A stretch of DNA of 64,000 nucleotides from the human T2T-CHM13v2.0 reference genome, Homo sapiens: the NCBI RefSeq assembly GCF_009914755.1, contig NC_060925.1. One strand, 5' to 3'. Shown piece after piece: positions 38,648 through 51,479 of this stretch. A program made the translations under genes and the position numbers. How positions within the stretch are numbered: position 1 is the stretch's first letter; the number at the start of each line of letters is the position of its first letter. The notes below the pieces were generated by a model. That model saw only the letters and a list, made by a program, of their open reading frames with translations, was not told the DNA's origin and ran no database searches.

Positions 38648-38871
38648 TAAATTTTACTAGATTTTGCAAGCTACAAACCTAAAATTAAGAGAAAAAAGGA
38701 AATTTATGCTTTATGATTCCAAAATAGTCGATAGTAACCTAAACACCCAAAAATTAAAAAAATTGTGACACCAATAATATTTTATTCATTAAACTTGAAG
38801 ATTAATTTCATCATATAAATTTTTAAATATATTATTCTGTAACATTTTTATATACATATGTGGAAACAGGA

Positions 38872-39226
38872 TACATTAGTCTCTTCTCAGGCTGCTAATA
38901 AAGACATACCAGAGAGTGGCTAATTTATAAAGGAAAGAGGATTAATGGTCTCAAAAGTTCCACATGGCTGGGGAAGCCTCACAATCATGGCAGAAGGCAA
39001 AAGAGAAGCAAAATCAAGTCTTATATGGCGGCACGCAAGAGAGCCTGTGCAGAGGATCTCCCTTTTATAAAACCATCAGACCTCCTGAGGCTTTTTCACT
39101 GTCACAAAAACAGCATGAAATCGCTGCCATGATTCAGTTATCTCCACCTGGCCCTGCCCTTGACACGTGAGGATTACTACAATTCAAGGTGCGATTTGAG
39201 TGGAGACACGGAGTCAAACCAAATCA
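38872..39226 (-). mobile_element. THE1 (THE1B/C) MaLR solo LTR with 5-bp TSD
   Basis: gctgctaataaagacatacc...ccacatggctggggaagcctcacaatcatggcagaagg...ccttgacacgtg...caaaccaaatca. TSD cagga / cagca. Confidence 0.92.
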
Positions 39227-39397
39227 CAGCAAAGTATACAGAGCCAACATATGCAAATTAAAATATTTTCATTTTAAAATAATGTAATGATTTATTTGTA
39301 ACATCATTTCTTCTTGAATTATTATTCCCACTATATATATGAATTATATATAATGTACATTAATTATAACATATATTAATATATGTATACACATTTA

Positions 39398-39508
39398 TTA
39401 ATGGGTTTAGATTGTGCAGGTGCACTCTCATGTGGATTTTCTTCACTTCTGTTACCCCAAAGACAGCAGAACCAACCTCTCCTTTTCCTCTTCCTTCTCA
39501 GCCTACAC
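39398..39508 (+). mobile_element. Tigger2a/MER8-like DNA transposon fragment
   Basis: atgggtttagattgtgcaggtgcactctcatgtggattttcttc...gacagcagaaccaacctctcc...ctcagcctac. Confidence 0.65.
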
Positions 39509-39714
39509 TTTACAATAGTATTTATATTGAGCACTTGTGTCCTCCTGTTTTTATCATTTTTTATGAGGCTTGCTCTGAGGTTTTTTTCTTCATAAATCTT
39601 TATTAGTGCCTCCTACATTTCCTCCTGACAGTGTGCTTAATGTACTTAGTTATATCTTTCAACATATTTTAGTGAGATTCAATTAAGTTTGGTTTCTCCA
39701 CAATATCAAAAAAA

Positions 39715-40330
39715 AAGTTTGTAAAACAAAGATGAAATAAAGACTACAGAAATATAAAACCTGAAACAATTCATGACAAGCAGATCCACACTACAGAAAT
39801 ATCTGAGGAAATTCTAAAAGGAGAAGAAAAATGATAACAAAGGAAATGTGCACCAAATCTTCTCAAAGAATGCACTGGAAATGGTAAATACATCTGACTT
39901 TTTAATCTTTTTAAAAAATAAAAAATAGTTAAGGGCAACAGTAATTACAAAATATTGTAACATTTGCAATATACACAGAAGTAAAGTGTATGACAATAGC
40001 AGAACAATGACCTTAAAAGATTGAAATAGAAGTATATTATTGTAAGGTTCTTACACTATATATGAGGTGGTTTGATCACACTTGAAAGTATATTGATAAG
40101 TAAAATAGATATACTATAAAACCTAAGGAAACTACAAAACCAATAAAAAAAATTATAGCTAATAAGCCCACATCAGGTATAAAATAAAATTTTTAAAAAC
40201 GCTAAATACAAAAGAAGAATGAAAAGAAAAAAAACAGGATGGTGAAATAAGTAGAAATAAGATAGCGGGATGGCAATTAAAGTGGTACTTAGATAAAAAA
40301 ATTAGCATTAAATACCGATATTAGAAAATA
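39715..40330 (+). mobile_element. Old L1M ORF1-end / inter-ORF relic
   Basis: aagatgaaataaagac...agcagatccacactacagaaat...cactggaaatggtaaatac...tattattgtaaggttcttacactata. Confidence 0.6.
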
Positions 40331-40338
40331 AAGAAGAA

Positions 40339-43330
40339 GGGACATGTCATCAAGATGGCTGACTAGAGACACTTGGGACTTGACTCTTTCACATAACGAA
40401 AATGAAAAAAATAGCAAGTAGATAATGATATGTCTAACAGAGCATCAAAAATTCAGCAAGGAAGTGAGGAACAACTGCAGCATGAAAGGAGAGCGGAGTG
40501 AAGAGGCAACTGGCCTAGCTGGTATTGGTTCAGAACCAGGAGGAACTCGCTATTGCAGGAGAAAGGTAAGTTAGAAATTTCCAGCAGTTCCCATTTCAAC
40601 CACTGATGCCTGCAATTCTAGCCACGGGAGAGACCCTTGACCCAGTACAGAGAGCTGTCTGGAATCCACGTGACTAAATTGTTCCAGAGAGGGAATTTAC
40701 ACTGGGTCCCACTCATGCTCTGAGACCCAAACAATGCAGTACAATGCTATTTAAGAGCAAGTTTGCATCAGACTACATCCTACCCTGCAGCACAACAGTC
40801 TCTGCATCTCCAAATCCCTAGAGCCCCACTGATATTCCCCCATCTACTGAGAAGGCTGCAGCATCATAATGCCAGTTTGATCCACTGGCATGGTCAGGTT
40901 GCCAGAACTCTAGCCCATGCAGTGTCCTATACCAGCGGGAACAGGCAGGATAGCATACCAAGCAGGCTGACCCACCAGGACAAAAGAAGCTAAAGCACAT
41001 GCTTTCTAGAGCTTGAGAGTTAGCTGCCTGGGGCCACTGCCATCAAAACCTAGATCACCTTTCAGGTAGCAGGGCTATTGTGTACCTGCATGCACCTTCA
41101 AGGGGCCTAAGGCTCAGCCCAATCAAGCACACCTTCCAGGAACCTGAAGACAGGCCTGTCTTCTGTACCATTGTCATGGCTGTCATTTCCACATGCTATT
41201 GAGTAACCTAAGGACAGGTCCATTCTGCCTACCAGCATGCCAAGTGCCTATGTATGTTTTTAAAGGAATGGAGATTAGACCCTTGACATGCTCTGCTAGC
41301 CACCACTGACACATGTGTACACCATCTGGGAGCCTGAAGACTAATTCTTACCTGTTACCACCACTGTCAGTGCCCACACATGCCAAGCAGGTGCATAAGG
41401 ACAAGTCTACTTGGCCCACGACTGCTAGTACCAGCTCCTACCAGCTCCCACATGGCCTCCCAAGGGCCTGGGGACTGGCGTGCCCAGCCTGACACTGCCA
41501 CCCTAGCACCCATCTGCATGTGCCATATTGTCACTGCTTGTGCCAACGCACTCTCCCTAGGGTCCTCAGGGCCAACATACTGTCACTACTGCCACTTCCA
41601 AAGCCAAATATGCTTCACAGGGCCCCAAGGACCTACTTTTCTGGCCAATGCTGTCACTCTCTGAGCATGATAATTGGAAGCCCAATGTCTGGCTCATTGA
41701 ACCATACATCTTCTCTGTTGACACCCACATTTGCCATTGGGAAGCCTGAGGTCAAGCATGCCTGTCCTGCCACTGCCACCACCAGTGCCTGAGGACTTGC
41801 CCACCTGGCATCCCCCTCCCCAGCAAAGCCTCACCACAGCCTCTACTAAAAACAGCCTAAGCCTCTGAGGAACTCACCAAAACCAATAACATCGATTGCA
41901 GCAAAATAAATTGTATAGAGACTACAGTTCTGTGACCATCCAGAGTCAAAGCCAAAGTTCCCCACCCAACCAACTCTCTAAATACACCTATAAGAAAAAG
42001 CATTTCCCTACAAAAGCCAAGCCATAAAATAGGAAGAAGCAACTGTTACACCAGATGCACAGATACCAACCTAAGAACATAAGAAATATGAAAAAGCAAT
42101 GAAACATGACACTTCCAGAGGAACGTAATAACTCCTCAGTAACATATGCCAAAGAAAAAAACATGAAACATATGAAAAAGAATTCAAAGTAATGATCTTA
42201 AAGAAACTTAGTGGAATATATGAGAACCCAGATAATACAAAGATACCAAAAAAACAATTAATGATGTGTATGCCAATTTAACACAGAAATAGCTATCATA
42301 AAAAAAGAACTTAAACAGAAATCCTGGAATGAAAGAATACAATGACTAAAGTAAAAAAATAGTATTAAGAGCTTCAACAATAGAGCAGACCAAGCAGAAA
42401 GAGAAATTTCTGAACTTAAAGAGAGGTTTTCTATAATAAATAGGTCAGACAAAAAAAAAAAAGAAAAACAATTTTAAAATACAAAGAAAGCCTCTGTGAT
42501 ATATGGGACACCATAAAGCAAGCAAATTTTGAATTTTGAGAGTTTCAGAAGGAGTAGAAATGAGCAAAGATAGAGAACATATTTAAGAAAATAATAGCTG
42601 AAAACTTCCTATGTCTAATGAAAGATATAGACATTTAAATACAGGAAACCCACAAATCTGCAAGTAGATTTAAATTCAAAAAGATCTCCTCCAAGGCAGG
42701 TTATATTCAATCTTTCAAAAGTCAAAGACAAATATAGGATTTTAAAAAGAGGAAAAGAAAAGTGTCAAGTCATGCATAAGGGAATTCCCATGAGATGAAC
42801 AGTATATTTCCCAACAGAAACACTGTAGGCCAGGAAGAATGGAATGATATAGTCAAAGTACTAAAAATTTTTAAAAACAAACAAACAACAACAACAACAA
42901 AAACTGGCAGTCAAGAATCCTATCCCAGAAAAACCATCCTTCATGAATAAAAGAAAGAGAAAAAGTATTTCCCAGATAAGCAAAAACTGAGGGAATTTAT
43001 CAACATTAGACAGGTTCTACAAGATATGCTTAAGGGATCCTACACTGGGAAATTAAAGGATAATACATACCGTCCTGAAAACACACAAAGGTATAAAATT
43101 CACTGGTAGAAAAGATACACAAATGAGAAACAGAAATGAGTCAAATGTTATTACTACAAAACCCACCATATCATAAAAGAATAACAAAAGAAGAAAAAAA
43201 ACAAAGAATATCCAAAACAATGAGGAAACGGTTAACAAAACAACAGGAGTAAGTCCTTATCCATCAGTAACAAACTTGAATGAAAACTTTTTAAGTTCCT
43301 CCATTAAAAATTATAGACTGACTGGATGGG
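40339..43330 (+). mobile_element. L1MA-type 5' portion: long GC-richer 5'UTR with internal subrepeats, ORF1 and the start of ORF2; no 3' end
   Basis: Starts caagatggctgactagagac. gcagaaagagaaatttctgaactt...atatgggacaccataaagc (ORF1). aggagtaagtccttatccatcagtaac (ORF2 start). Confidence 0.8.
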
Positions 43331-43530
43331 AAGAACCACAGTTTACTTTCATTAATTTTTATTGCTTTTCTGTTATTAATTTTCATAACTATACTAATCA
43401 GGAAAAAAATTCAAATTACAAATATGAACAATGTGAGGGCTAACAGCACTACAGATTCTGCAGCACTACAGATTCAAAGATATAAAAGAATATTATGAAC
43501 AATATTATGCCAATAAATCCAACAACTTAG

Positions 43531-43855
<325 letters not shown>

Positions 43856-44980
43856 AAAATGGACATATTTCTTAGGTTAGAAAATCTACTACAACTTAAT
43901 AAAGAAGGTATATAAAACGTTATATCTTTTTGAAAAGGATGAGTTTGTAATTACTACAAAGGAAACTATAAACATGTATGAATTTGTCAGTGAATTCTAT
44001 CAAACAGTATGGAGAAATACTACCAATTCAATATAAACTTTCAGAACAGAGAAGGGACTATTTTCTAACTAATTTTGTGTGTTCAACATTATTCCTATAT
44101 CAAAACCAGAGAAATAGACTACAAGAAAATTAAGCAGCCAGATAGCCTACATAAATATTTTTGTAGCATTTATTTACCAAAATTAGAAAATTAATTTCAA
44201 TAACATATTATAAACAAGTGTGTCTATCATCATCTCCATAAATTCAAAAAAATTCAACAAACTACATCATCTATTCATTATTATAAAAAGAAAAAATCTT
44301 AATAAACAAGGGATTGAAATGAACTTTTTCAACTTCATAACAGGCATCTATTAAAGTTAAAATGATACCTAAATTTAAAAACATGCAGGTATTTCTCCTG
44401 CGCTCAGGCGCAAATTAAGAATTGATCCTCTAGCCATATATATTTGACATTTTACTGGAAATTTTGTCCAATAGTGTTGGACAAGACAGTAAATAAAATA
44501 CTTCTGAATCAGAATAAAAAATACTGTCATTATTTATAGGTGGCATGATAAATTATGTAAAAGAGCTCCTAGAGCTAATAGAGTTTGAAAAATTTTCAGA
44601 AAATAAGAGAAACATACAAATATCCATTGCATTTTTACAACTAGCAATGACTAGAAAATATTTTAAAACACAATACAATTTTAGAAAACATAGTATATCA
44701 AATAATGTTGAAAAATTGACAAACATATGGACAACACACTAAAACTACAAAAATCACTAAAATTAAAGAAACCTACATACTTATAAAACTCTACCAGGTT
44801 CGTGTATTGGAAGACTCAATTTTCCCCAAACCCATTTTTAGAATCAACTTAAAATTCCATCAATAAATAGTGATAACTTAAAATTTATTTGGAAGGCAAA
44901 TGATCTAGGCAGTTAAAATAATTTTGAAAAAAAAAAACACAATTAATGAACTTAAAGTGCCTGACAAACATTTTTTATAA

Positions 44981-45194
44981 AGCTACAATTACGAAAATGT
45001 ATGTGTTGACATAAAGACAATATATGAAAAAAGAGGCTGAATAAATATATATATTTATATTTAATTCATTATAATTATATATTATATAATACATATGAAT
45101 GTGTTATAATGCATCATACAGCTACAATTCTAAAAATGTATGTGTTGACAAAAAGACAAAATATAAAAAAAGAATAGAGGATGAATAAATATAT
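44981..45194. repeat. Diverged ~70-bp direct duplication with an AT-rich spacer
   Basis: agctacaatt..aaaatgtatgtgttgaca.aaagacaa...gagg.tgaataaatatat at 44981-45050 and 45120-45194. Confidence 0.85.
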
Positions 45195-46667
45195 TCATGC
45201 ATATTATGACCAACTAATTTTTAATAAATATACCACTTTCATTGGGAAATAACAATCATTTCAACAAAAGAAATGGGAACAACTGGAGAGACACAGAGAT
45301 CAACATTAGCATTTACCTCACATATATTCTAAAAATAACTCTATATCATAGGCCTTAATGCAAGTACTAAATATATAAAAGTTCTATAAGAAAACATAGG
45401 AGAAGATACTGGTAAACTTAGATTTAGAAAATATTTTAAAAACTGACATGAAAACTGGAAGGAAATTATTAATACATTGAATTTAATCAGAATTTAAAAA
45501 AATCTTTTTAAAATGTTGTGGAGGCACTCCTATGAAAACAAAAACGTAAACCACAGACTTGCAGAAAGTACTTGCAAGTCTAATACTGCATAAAATATTT
45601 GTACCTATAATATGTAAATAACTCTTACAACTCATTTTAAATGCAATTAAACTTGGCAAAAAAGTTTGAACAGTCATTTTACAAAAATTGTGCTGCCGAA
45701 CCCCATTAGCCATTAAAGAAATTCAAATACAATAACATTCACACCTAAGTGAAACAACTAAACAGCTAAACTAATACAACAAATTGTTAATAGGCTCTAT
45801 GATAAAAATATTATATAACTATCCCTCCCCCTACACACAGTGTACCACTGCATACCCACTAGACTGGCTGAAATTTAAAAGACTGGCCATGCCAATTGTT
45901 GGCAAGAATGTGGTACATCTGTAACTTTCATAAACTGCTGGTGGGAATATTACATTGTACAGTAGCTACTTTGAAATAAATACTAGTTCAGCAGTATTTC
46001 TATTTATTTAAAAAATACACCTATCACATGACCCTACTGCTATACTTCTATTGCTCTACGAGGCATTAACAATATGTCCATAAAAAGACGTATACACAAA
46101 TGTTTATAATAGCTTTATTTATAATATCCAAAAATTAAAAACAACCTAAAAGTTCATCAAGAGGTAAATGAATAAATAATTTGTGATATATTCATACTAT
46201 GGAATACTATTCAGAAATAAGAAGGAACATACTCAATACACATAAAAACATTAATCTCAAAATAAAGCAGAATAAAAGATTTTAGACAAAAGTTTGTACG
46301 TATTGTAGGACTGCATCTACATAAAATTCTAGAAAACACCAAATAAATCTACACTGAGAGGAAGCAGATAAGTGATTGCCTTTTGATGACGAAGGAAGGA
46401 AAATTCATGAAGGTAAGTTTATAAAAAGGGAGTCAGGCACATCTACCTTATCTTGACAGTGCTGATGGTGTCAAAGGTCTATGCATATGTAAAAATATAT
46501 CAGATTTTCCACTTTAAATATGGGCATTTTAATAATATTGAAAAAGCTATAAAAACACAAAATATAAATAGATATAATTATCTAACCACTCAAATATACT
46601 CTATCTAAAAATATAGCATATAGAGATGTATATATGTATGTGCAATATTGTATGTTAGTGCATGTGT

Positions 46668-46860
46668 GATTCAGAATCTAGTTCTGGTTTCAGATGTTAG
46701 TTCCACCATGTACAGGCTATTAACCTTAGAGAGATTACATAAATTCTCTCTATCCATAAAATGGGAAAGAATATAAAATCTGCTTCAAAGTTAGTCATGA
46801 CGATATACAACACTTAGAAGGGTATCCTAGCATATATATTACATATATTGATGTCTTACT
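46668..46860 (+). mobile_element. MIR relic
   Basis: ttaaccttagagagattacataaattctctctatccataaaatgggaaag...aacacttagaagggtatcctagcata. Confidence 0.65.
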
Positions 46861-47079
46861 ACTTAAACTGTTCTTAAATTTATCATCATAGTTAGTTCTA
46901 TGTCATTAAATAATCTTCTAAAACATAACTTTTATTGACTATATAGTATTTCATATTATGAAAATCTAATTAATTGATTTATTTTTCATTTTATGTTACT
47001 TTGGCTAATTTCCACAAAAAAACTTATGAAAAAAATATTTGCATAGCAATACTTAATTCCTAATGATAACTTGGTATAC

Positions 47080-47280
47080 CCCTAACATAAAGCCTGAGAG
47101 TGTTCATTTCTCCTTCTTTTCCACTTCCATCATCATTGTTCAAATCACCGTTACTTCTTGCCTGGAATATTCCAGGATCAACACAGCAGGAAGCTCAACC
47201 TTTAAAAAACCGTTAATCTTATTCTCTGTTTACCAACTTCTGGTATCGTTCTATTGGAATAGCAGTAAAATTTAAACTTT
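47080..47280 (+). mobile_element. L2 relic
   Basis: catttctccttcttttccacttccatcatcattgttcaaatcaccgttacttcttgcctgga. Confidence 0.5.
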
Positions 47281-48464
47281 TTCCGTCAACTTTTTCTTTA
47301 CAGTGGGATGACTATCAGGTGGCAGAGCGGTACTCCTACCAAAAACAATCAGAAATGCCAGACAAAATGGCAAAATGGCAGTTGTTAAAGGAATTTAACG
47401 TATCATGAAGCAACAAATACTAGAGGGACTAAGACTCCAGAGAAAGAACCTTGTAAGAGAAAATGGGCTTCATGATTCTTTCCCTGAGGGCATTTATCAA
47501 TTTGGGGGACAGAAAGCAGAATTATTTTGATTCCTATTAAATTACATTTATTTCATTCGTTTTTCAATTTAACAAATGATGTCTAATGTGTATTGTTAGA
47601 ATATCTCTAGCTTTATCTACCTTGCCAAAGCACCAAAAAATGAGGATATTAACTAAGTCTGAAGAGAAATAAAAAGGTTAAAGTTGAAGTTTAAGGAGAT
47701 TTTTAATTAATTGGCATAAAATCTCAGTGAAAATTCTAGTCTTATTGCACTTTCAGGAAAAGAACAATTACATTTTCTCTGGGTATGTACAAAGACTAAA
47801 GATGTGGAGAATAATTAATTGAAATAACCATTAAATATCATGTTCCGTACTCAAGAGGAGGAGCAAGGTGATGATTTTTTTTTCTTTTTTTTTTTTGGTA
47901 GATGAGCAAGTAAGGGAAATTTGAGTAACAATTAACTCCTGATCATTGGGTCAGAACAGAGTTTATTAAGAGTTTCCCTGTGAAATAATTCACATACCCA
48001 GAGTTGAACTGAAACATTTTTTAGAATTTTCAGATCCTTAAACATGATGCATTAATAATTGTAAATTACACAAGGCAGCTTAGAGGTGAAAAAAATGATT
48101 CTTCATAACTAAAATGGGCTGTGCACATTTGAAGGATAGAAGATGAATGAAAATGGCACAATCAGAGATCACTTTCTATAGAGTTATAACTTGAAACAAG
48201 GATTTGGTGAGGGAGGCGAGAAATTGAGAACAAAGGGAAGAAAAGATAAGTTTGAACACAATGACTTGCTAGGTCAGATGAAACACTGATTTCCAAGAAG
48301 AGAAAAATATTGAGCAGTAATAAAGGTTGTCAATGGGAAAAGGAAAAACCACATGTTTGATCATATATTTAATAAATTGTAATTTAGGGAGTTGTCATCT
48401 AACAAATTACTCAGAGGCTTTGTAGTTTGCAGGTAAAGAGAATGTTTCCTAGAATAAGATGAGA

Positions 48465-48622
48465 CGTACAAGTTTTGTATCTACCACTTGCTAGTGACAT
48501 GATCTTGGAAAGCTACTTTATATCTCTGCTTCCACTAAAAAAAAATAAATATTGAAAAGAAAAAAGAAAAAAAGGACAAGATAATAGTGTCTAGCTCAGA
48601 AAACTGTGGTAAGGGCTAAAGC
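48465..48622 (+). mobile_element. MIR relic with an A-rich interruption
   Basis: tctaccacttgctagtgacatgatcttggaaagctactt...gataatagtgtctagctcagaaaactgtggtaagggctaaa. Confidence 0.6.
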
Positions 48623-48631
48623 TCATACCTA

Positions 48632-49274
48632 ACTCTTAGTTTTCTATTGTCGCCTTAAGAAATTACCACAATTTAGTGACTTCTAATAACATGAATTTAT
48701 TTTCTCAGAGTTTTGTAAGGCAAAGTCTAGGTACAGTGGGCTCAGGTGACTCTTGACCCTAGGTTTTGCCAGGTCAAAATCAAGTTGTGTGCAGGTCTCC
48801 GTCCCTTTCTGGAGGCTCTGGGAATATATGCACTTCCAAGCTCATTCAGGTTGCTGCCAAAACTCAATTCCACTTAGATGTAATGATTTCAGTTTCCTTG
48901 CTGGCTGTCGGCTAAGGCTCATTTCATTCTCAGCTTCTACAGGGAGCCTGCATGCTTAGGCTCACAGCCCTCTTCTTCCATCTTAAAAGCCCAGTCATAG
49001 CCACGTGAATGCGTCTAATCTCTTTGACCTCTCTTTTACTTCTTTCTGCTTTCCCCTTCCTCTGCTCCTCTCTGATTAATTCTGCCTTCTGCTGCTGCTT
49101 TTAAAAGCTCATGTGATTACATTAGACCACCTGGAAAATCCAAGATAATCTGTATTTTAAGGTCACCTAAGTCATCTGCAAAATTCCTTCGGGGAAATAC
49201 TTTAGTTAATGTTTGAATGATTAACCAGGGGACAGAAACCTTAGGAGAAATATTTATAGAACGTTGCCTACCAT
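48632..49274 (-). mobile_element. MLT1E-like MaLR solo LTR
   Basis: ttagttttctattgtcgcc...aaattaccacaatttagtg...tttctggaggctctggg...ttccaagctcattcaggttg...ctcatgtgattacattag...tgcctacca. Confidence 0.8.
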
Positions 49275-49968
49275 ACTGACCAAGAGGAAACACATCCTAA
49301 AGGCTAGCTATTAGTATTATATTTACTCAGAGAAACTGAAATTTGATCTGCTCCAATTAAAGTGTTAGGTGACTCTCAAAATCTCACAGAATCACAGACA
49401 TCTGCAAGTAAAAGTGACCTTCTAAATGTTGTACTTTTAAACATTTATGTGTATTATGATTCTGAGCAAGCCAATTAACGTTATTGTTTAAATAAATGTA
49501 AGAGTTTTCCTAGTGGACCTCATCTTAAATTCATGAGTTCTTGAATTCCAGTGCTGCAGACCTTGTTTAGCATTAAGTTAGCAGTAAAAGAAATTACTCT
49601 GATGCATGTATTTTAAATGTGTGATAATACTAAATGAAAAGTGAAAATTCATTGTGAGTTCAAATCACGTTGCTCAATAAAAGGTCATTTTAGTAACTCA
49701 GTTGTTTATCTATATAGCTATATCTTCAGCTGATATATATTTTTCTCTCTACACACACATTGTGATTTAATAACCGGTTATGATTGTGTGAAGAAATACA
49801 ATATACCCCAAGGTCTCACTTATTTATATGCTTATGATCCAATAACGTCATACTTTTATCATTACATGTGAAAATTTTATTCCCAAAACACAAAACATAA
49901 TAAATTGTAGTTCTGTTTTAGTGCTTGTTTTGTATCTTAAAGAAGCTGTTCTGAAAAGTTTGGATATC

Positions 49969-50264
49969 GGCCAGGCGCGGTGGCTCATGCTTGTAATCCC
50001 AGCACTTTGGAAGTCCGAGGCAGACGGATCACGAAGTCAGGAGATCGAGACCATCCTGGCTAACACGGTGAAACCCCGTCTCTACGAAAAATACCAAAAA
50101 ATTAGCCGGGCGTGGTGGTGCATGCCTGTAGTCCCAGCTACTCAGGAGGCTGAGGTAGGAGAATGACGTGAGCCTGGGAGGCGGAGCTTGCAGTGAGCCT
50201 AGATCGCACCACTGCACTCCAACCTGGGCGGCAGAGCGAGACTCCATCTCAAAAAAAAAAAAAA
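49969..50264 (+). mobile_element. AluY SINE with 15-bp TSD
   Basis: ggccaggcgcggtggctc...gagatcgagaccatcctggctaacacgg...gagcttgcagtgag. TSD aaaag(t/c)ttggatatc at 49954-49968 and 50265-50279. Confidence 0.95.
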
Positions 50265-50371
50265 AAAAGCTTGGATATCATGACCCTTTAATATTTTTAA
50301 AATTATTGATGACTTGATGACTCTGAACACAAAGATTTGTTTCTTTATGGAAATTATATCTGTCAATAGGT

Positions 50372-50499
50372 GCTTGGAAGGCTTAGGTGGGAGAACTGCT
50401 TCAGCCCAGGATTTCAAAGTTACAGTGAGCTATGATCACGCCACTGTACTCCAGTCTGAGTAACAGCGCGAGATTCCTGCTAGAGAAAAAAAAAAAAAA
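50372..50499 (+). mobile_element. Alu right-arm fragment (5'-truncated AluJ or FRAM)
   Basis: cttggaaggcttaggtgggagaactgcttcagcccagg...cagtgagctatgatcacgccactgtactccag plus A-tail. Confidence 0.85.
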
Positions 50500-51479
50500 T
50501 GAAGAATCTATTATTATCTAACATAAATATTTATTAAAATTGCACAATGCTTTTCCAGAATTAAAAAAAAAAAACACACAAAATTAGTTAGAAGTGCCAT
50601 TATTTTGCAAATTCCTTTAACATGAGATTTAATGAAGACAACTGGATTCTTACGTTCACTTATACTTTCAATTTGTTGCATTTTTCTTTTGGCTGAAATG
50701 TATTTTTAAAAATGTGTTCTTATACACGTATGCATGTACGTATGTAGTTAGAAATACATTATTCTTGCAGACAACCTGAAAGTTATCAAGTATTTTCAGA
50801 GGGCTCCGTGGACCATAGTTTGAGAACTACAGTCTTAAATGAAGAGAGGGAGAAAAAAATAAACTCTAGATATGTATTTGTATTTACTTAGTATATAAAG
50901 CAACCCAATATAGATATACACTATGTTCTTTTGTGAAGTAGGTGTTGTGATAGGTTATAATATTTCAAAGAAGTGTGACCTAATAATAATTTTTTTAATT
51001 TTTCTTTCTTTCAAATATAGACATCCTTTTTTTTTTTCTTTTTATCTGTTAGATATGGTGAAAGTCATCTGTAAAATTTACTTGGAACTAGTTTTTTCAG
51101 TGGAAGAGAAGAAGCCTTTCACTCTTTCCCATTACTAACATTTTTGGTTCACTCAATTCATTATTTCTTCTTGGTTTAATTGTGGCCCTAGAATATTTTT
51201 TTCTAGAAATCTTTCTATCTCATTTTGATTTTAAAATTAATTAGAATAAAATAATTTACTTTTAAGATTTTAAATTGGTTTTGAATCTGCAATTATTCAA
51301 TTTGTTTTGTGTTTTGTTTTTTTTGCTTTTAATTTCTTTTTAGCTTTCTTGGCTTTTTGCTGTTGATAGAAATACTCTGTGTTTCATTATTTCACTCAAT
51401 TTCTTTTATTCTCATCTTTTAATTTTATTTATTTTCTCTTTTTTCAACAACTAATTAATGTTTCCTTTGGGAATGAAAG

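Larger units (their letters stand above)
49943..50832. mobile_element. Charlie1b-like hAT DNA transposon with both TIRs and 8-bp TSD; interrupted by two Alus
   Basis: Left TIR aagctgttctgaaaagttt...gaccctttaatatttttaaaattattga; internal gaagacaactggattct; right ggaccatagtttgagaactacag. TSD tcttaaag (49935-49942) / tcttaaat (50833-50840). Confidence 0.75.

Noticed and set aside
40340-41900. GC-richer blocks (also 55150-56740 and 60950-62150) as promoters or CpG islands
   Set aside because: CpG-depleted, decayed L1 5'UTRs; not islands.
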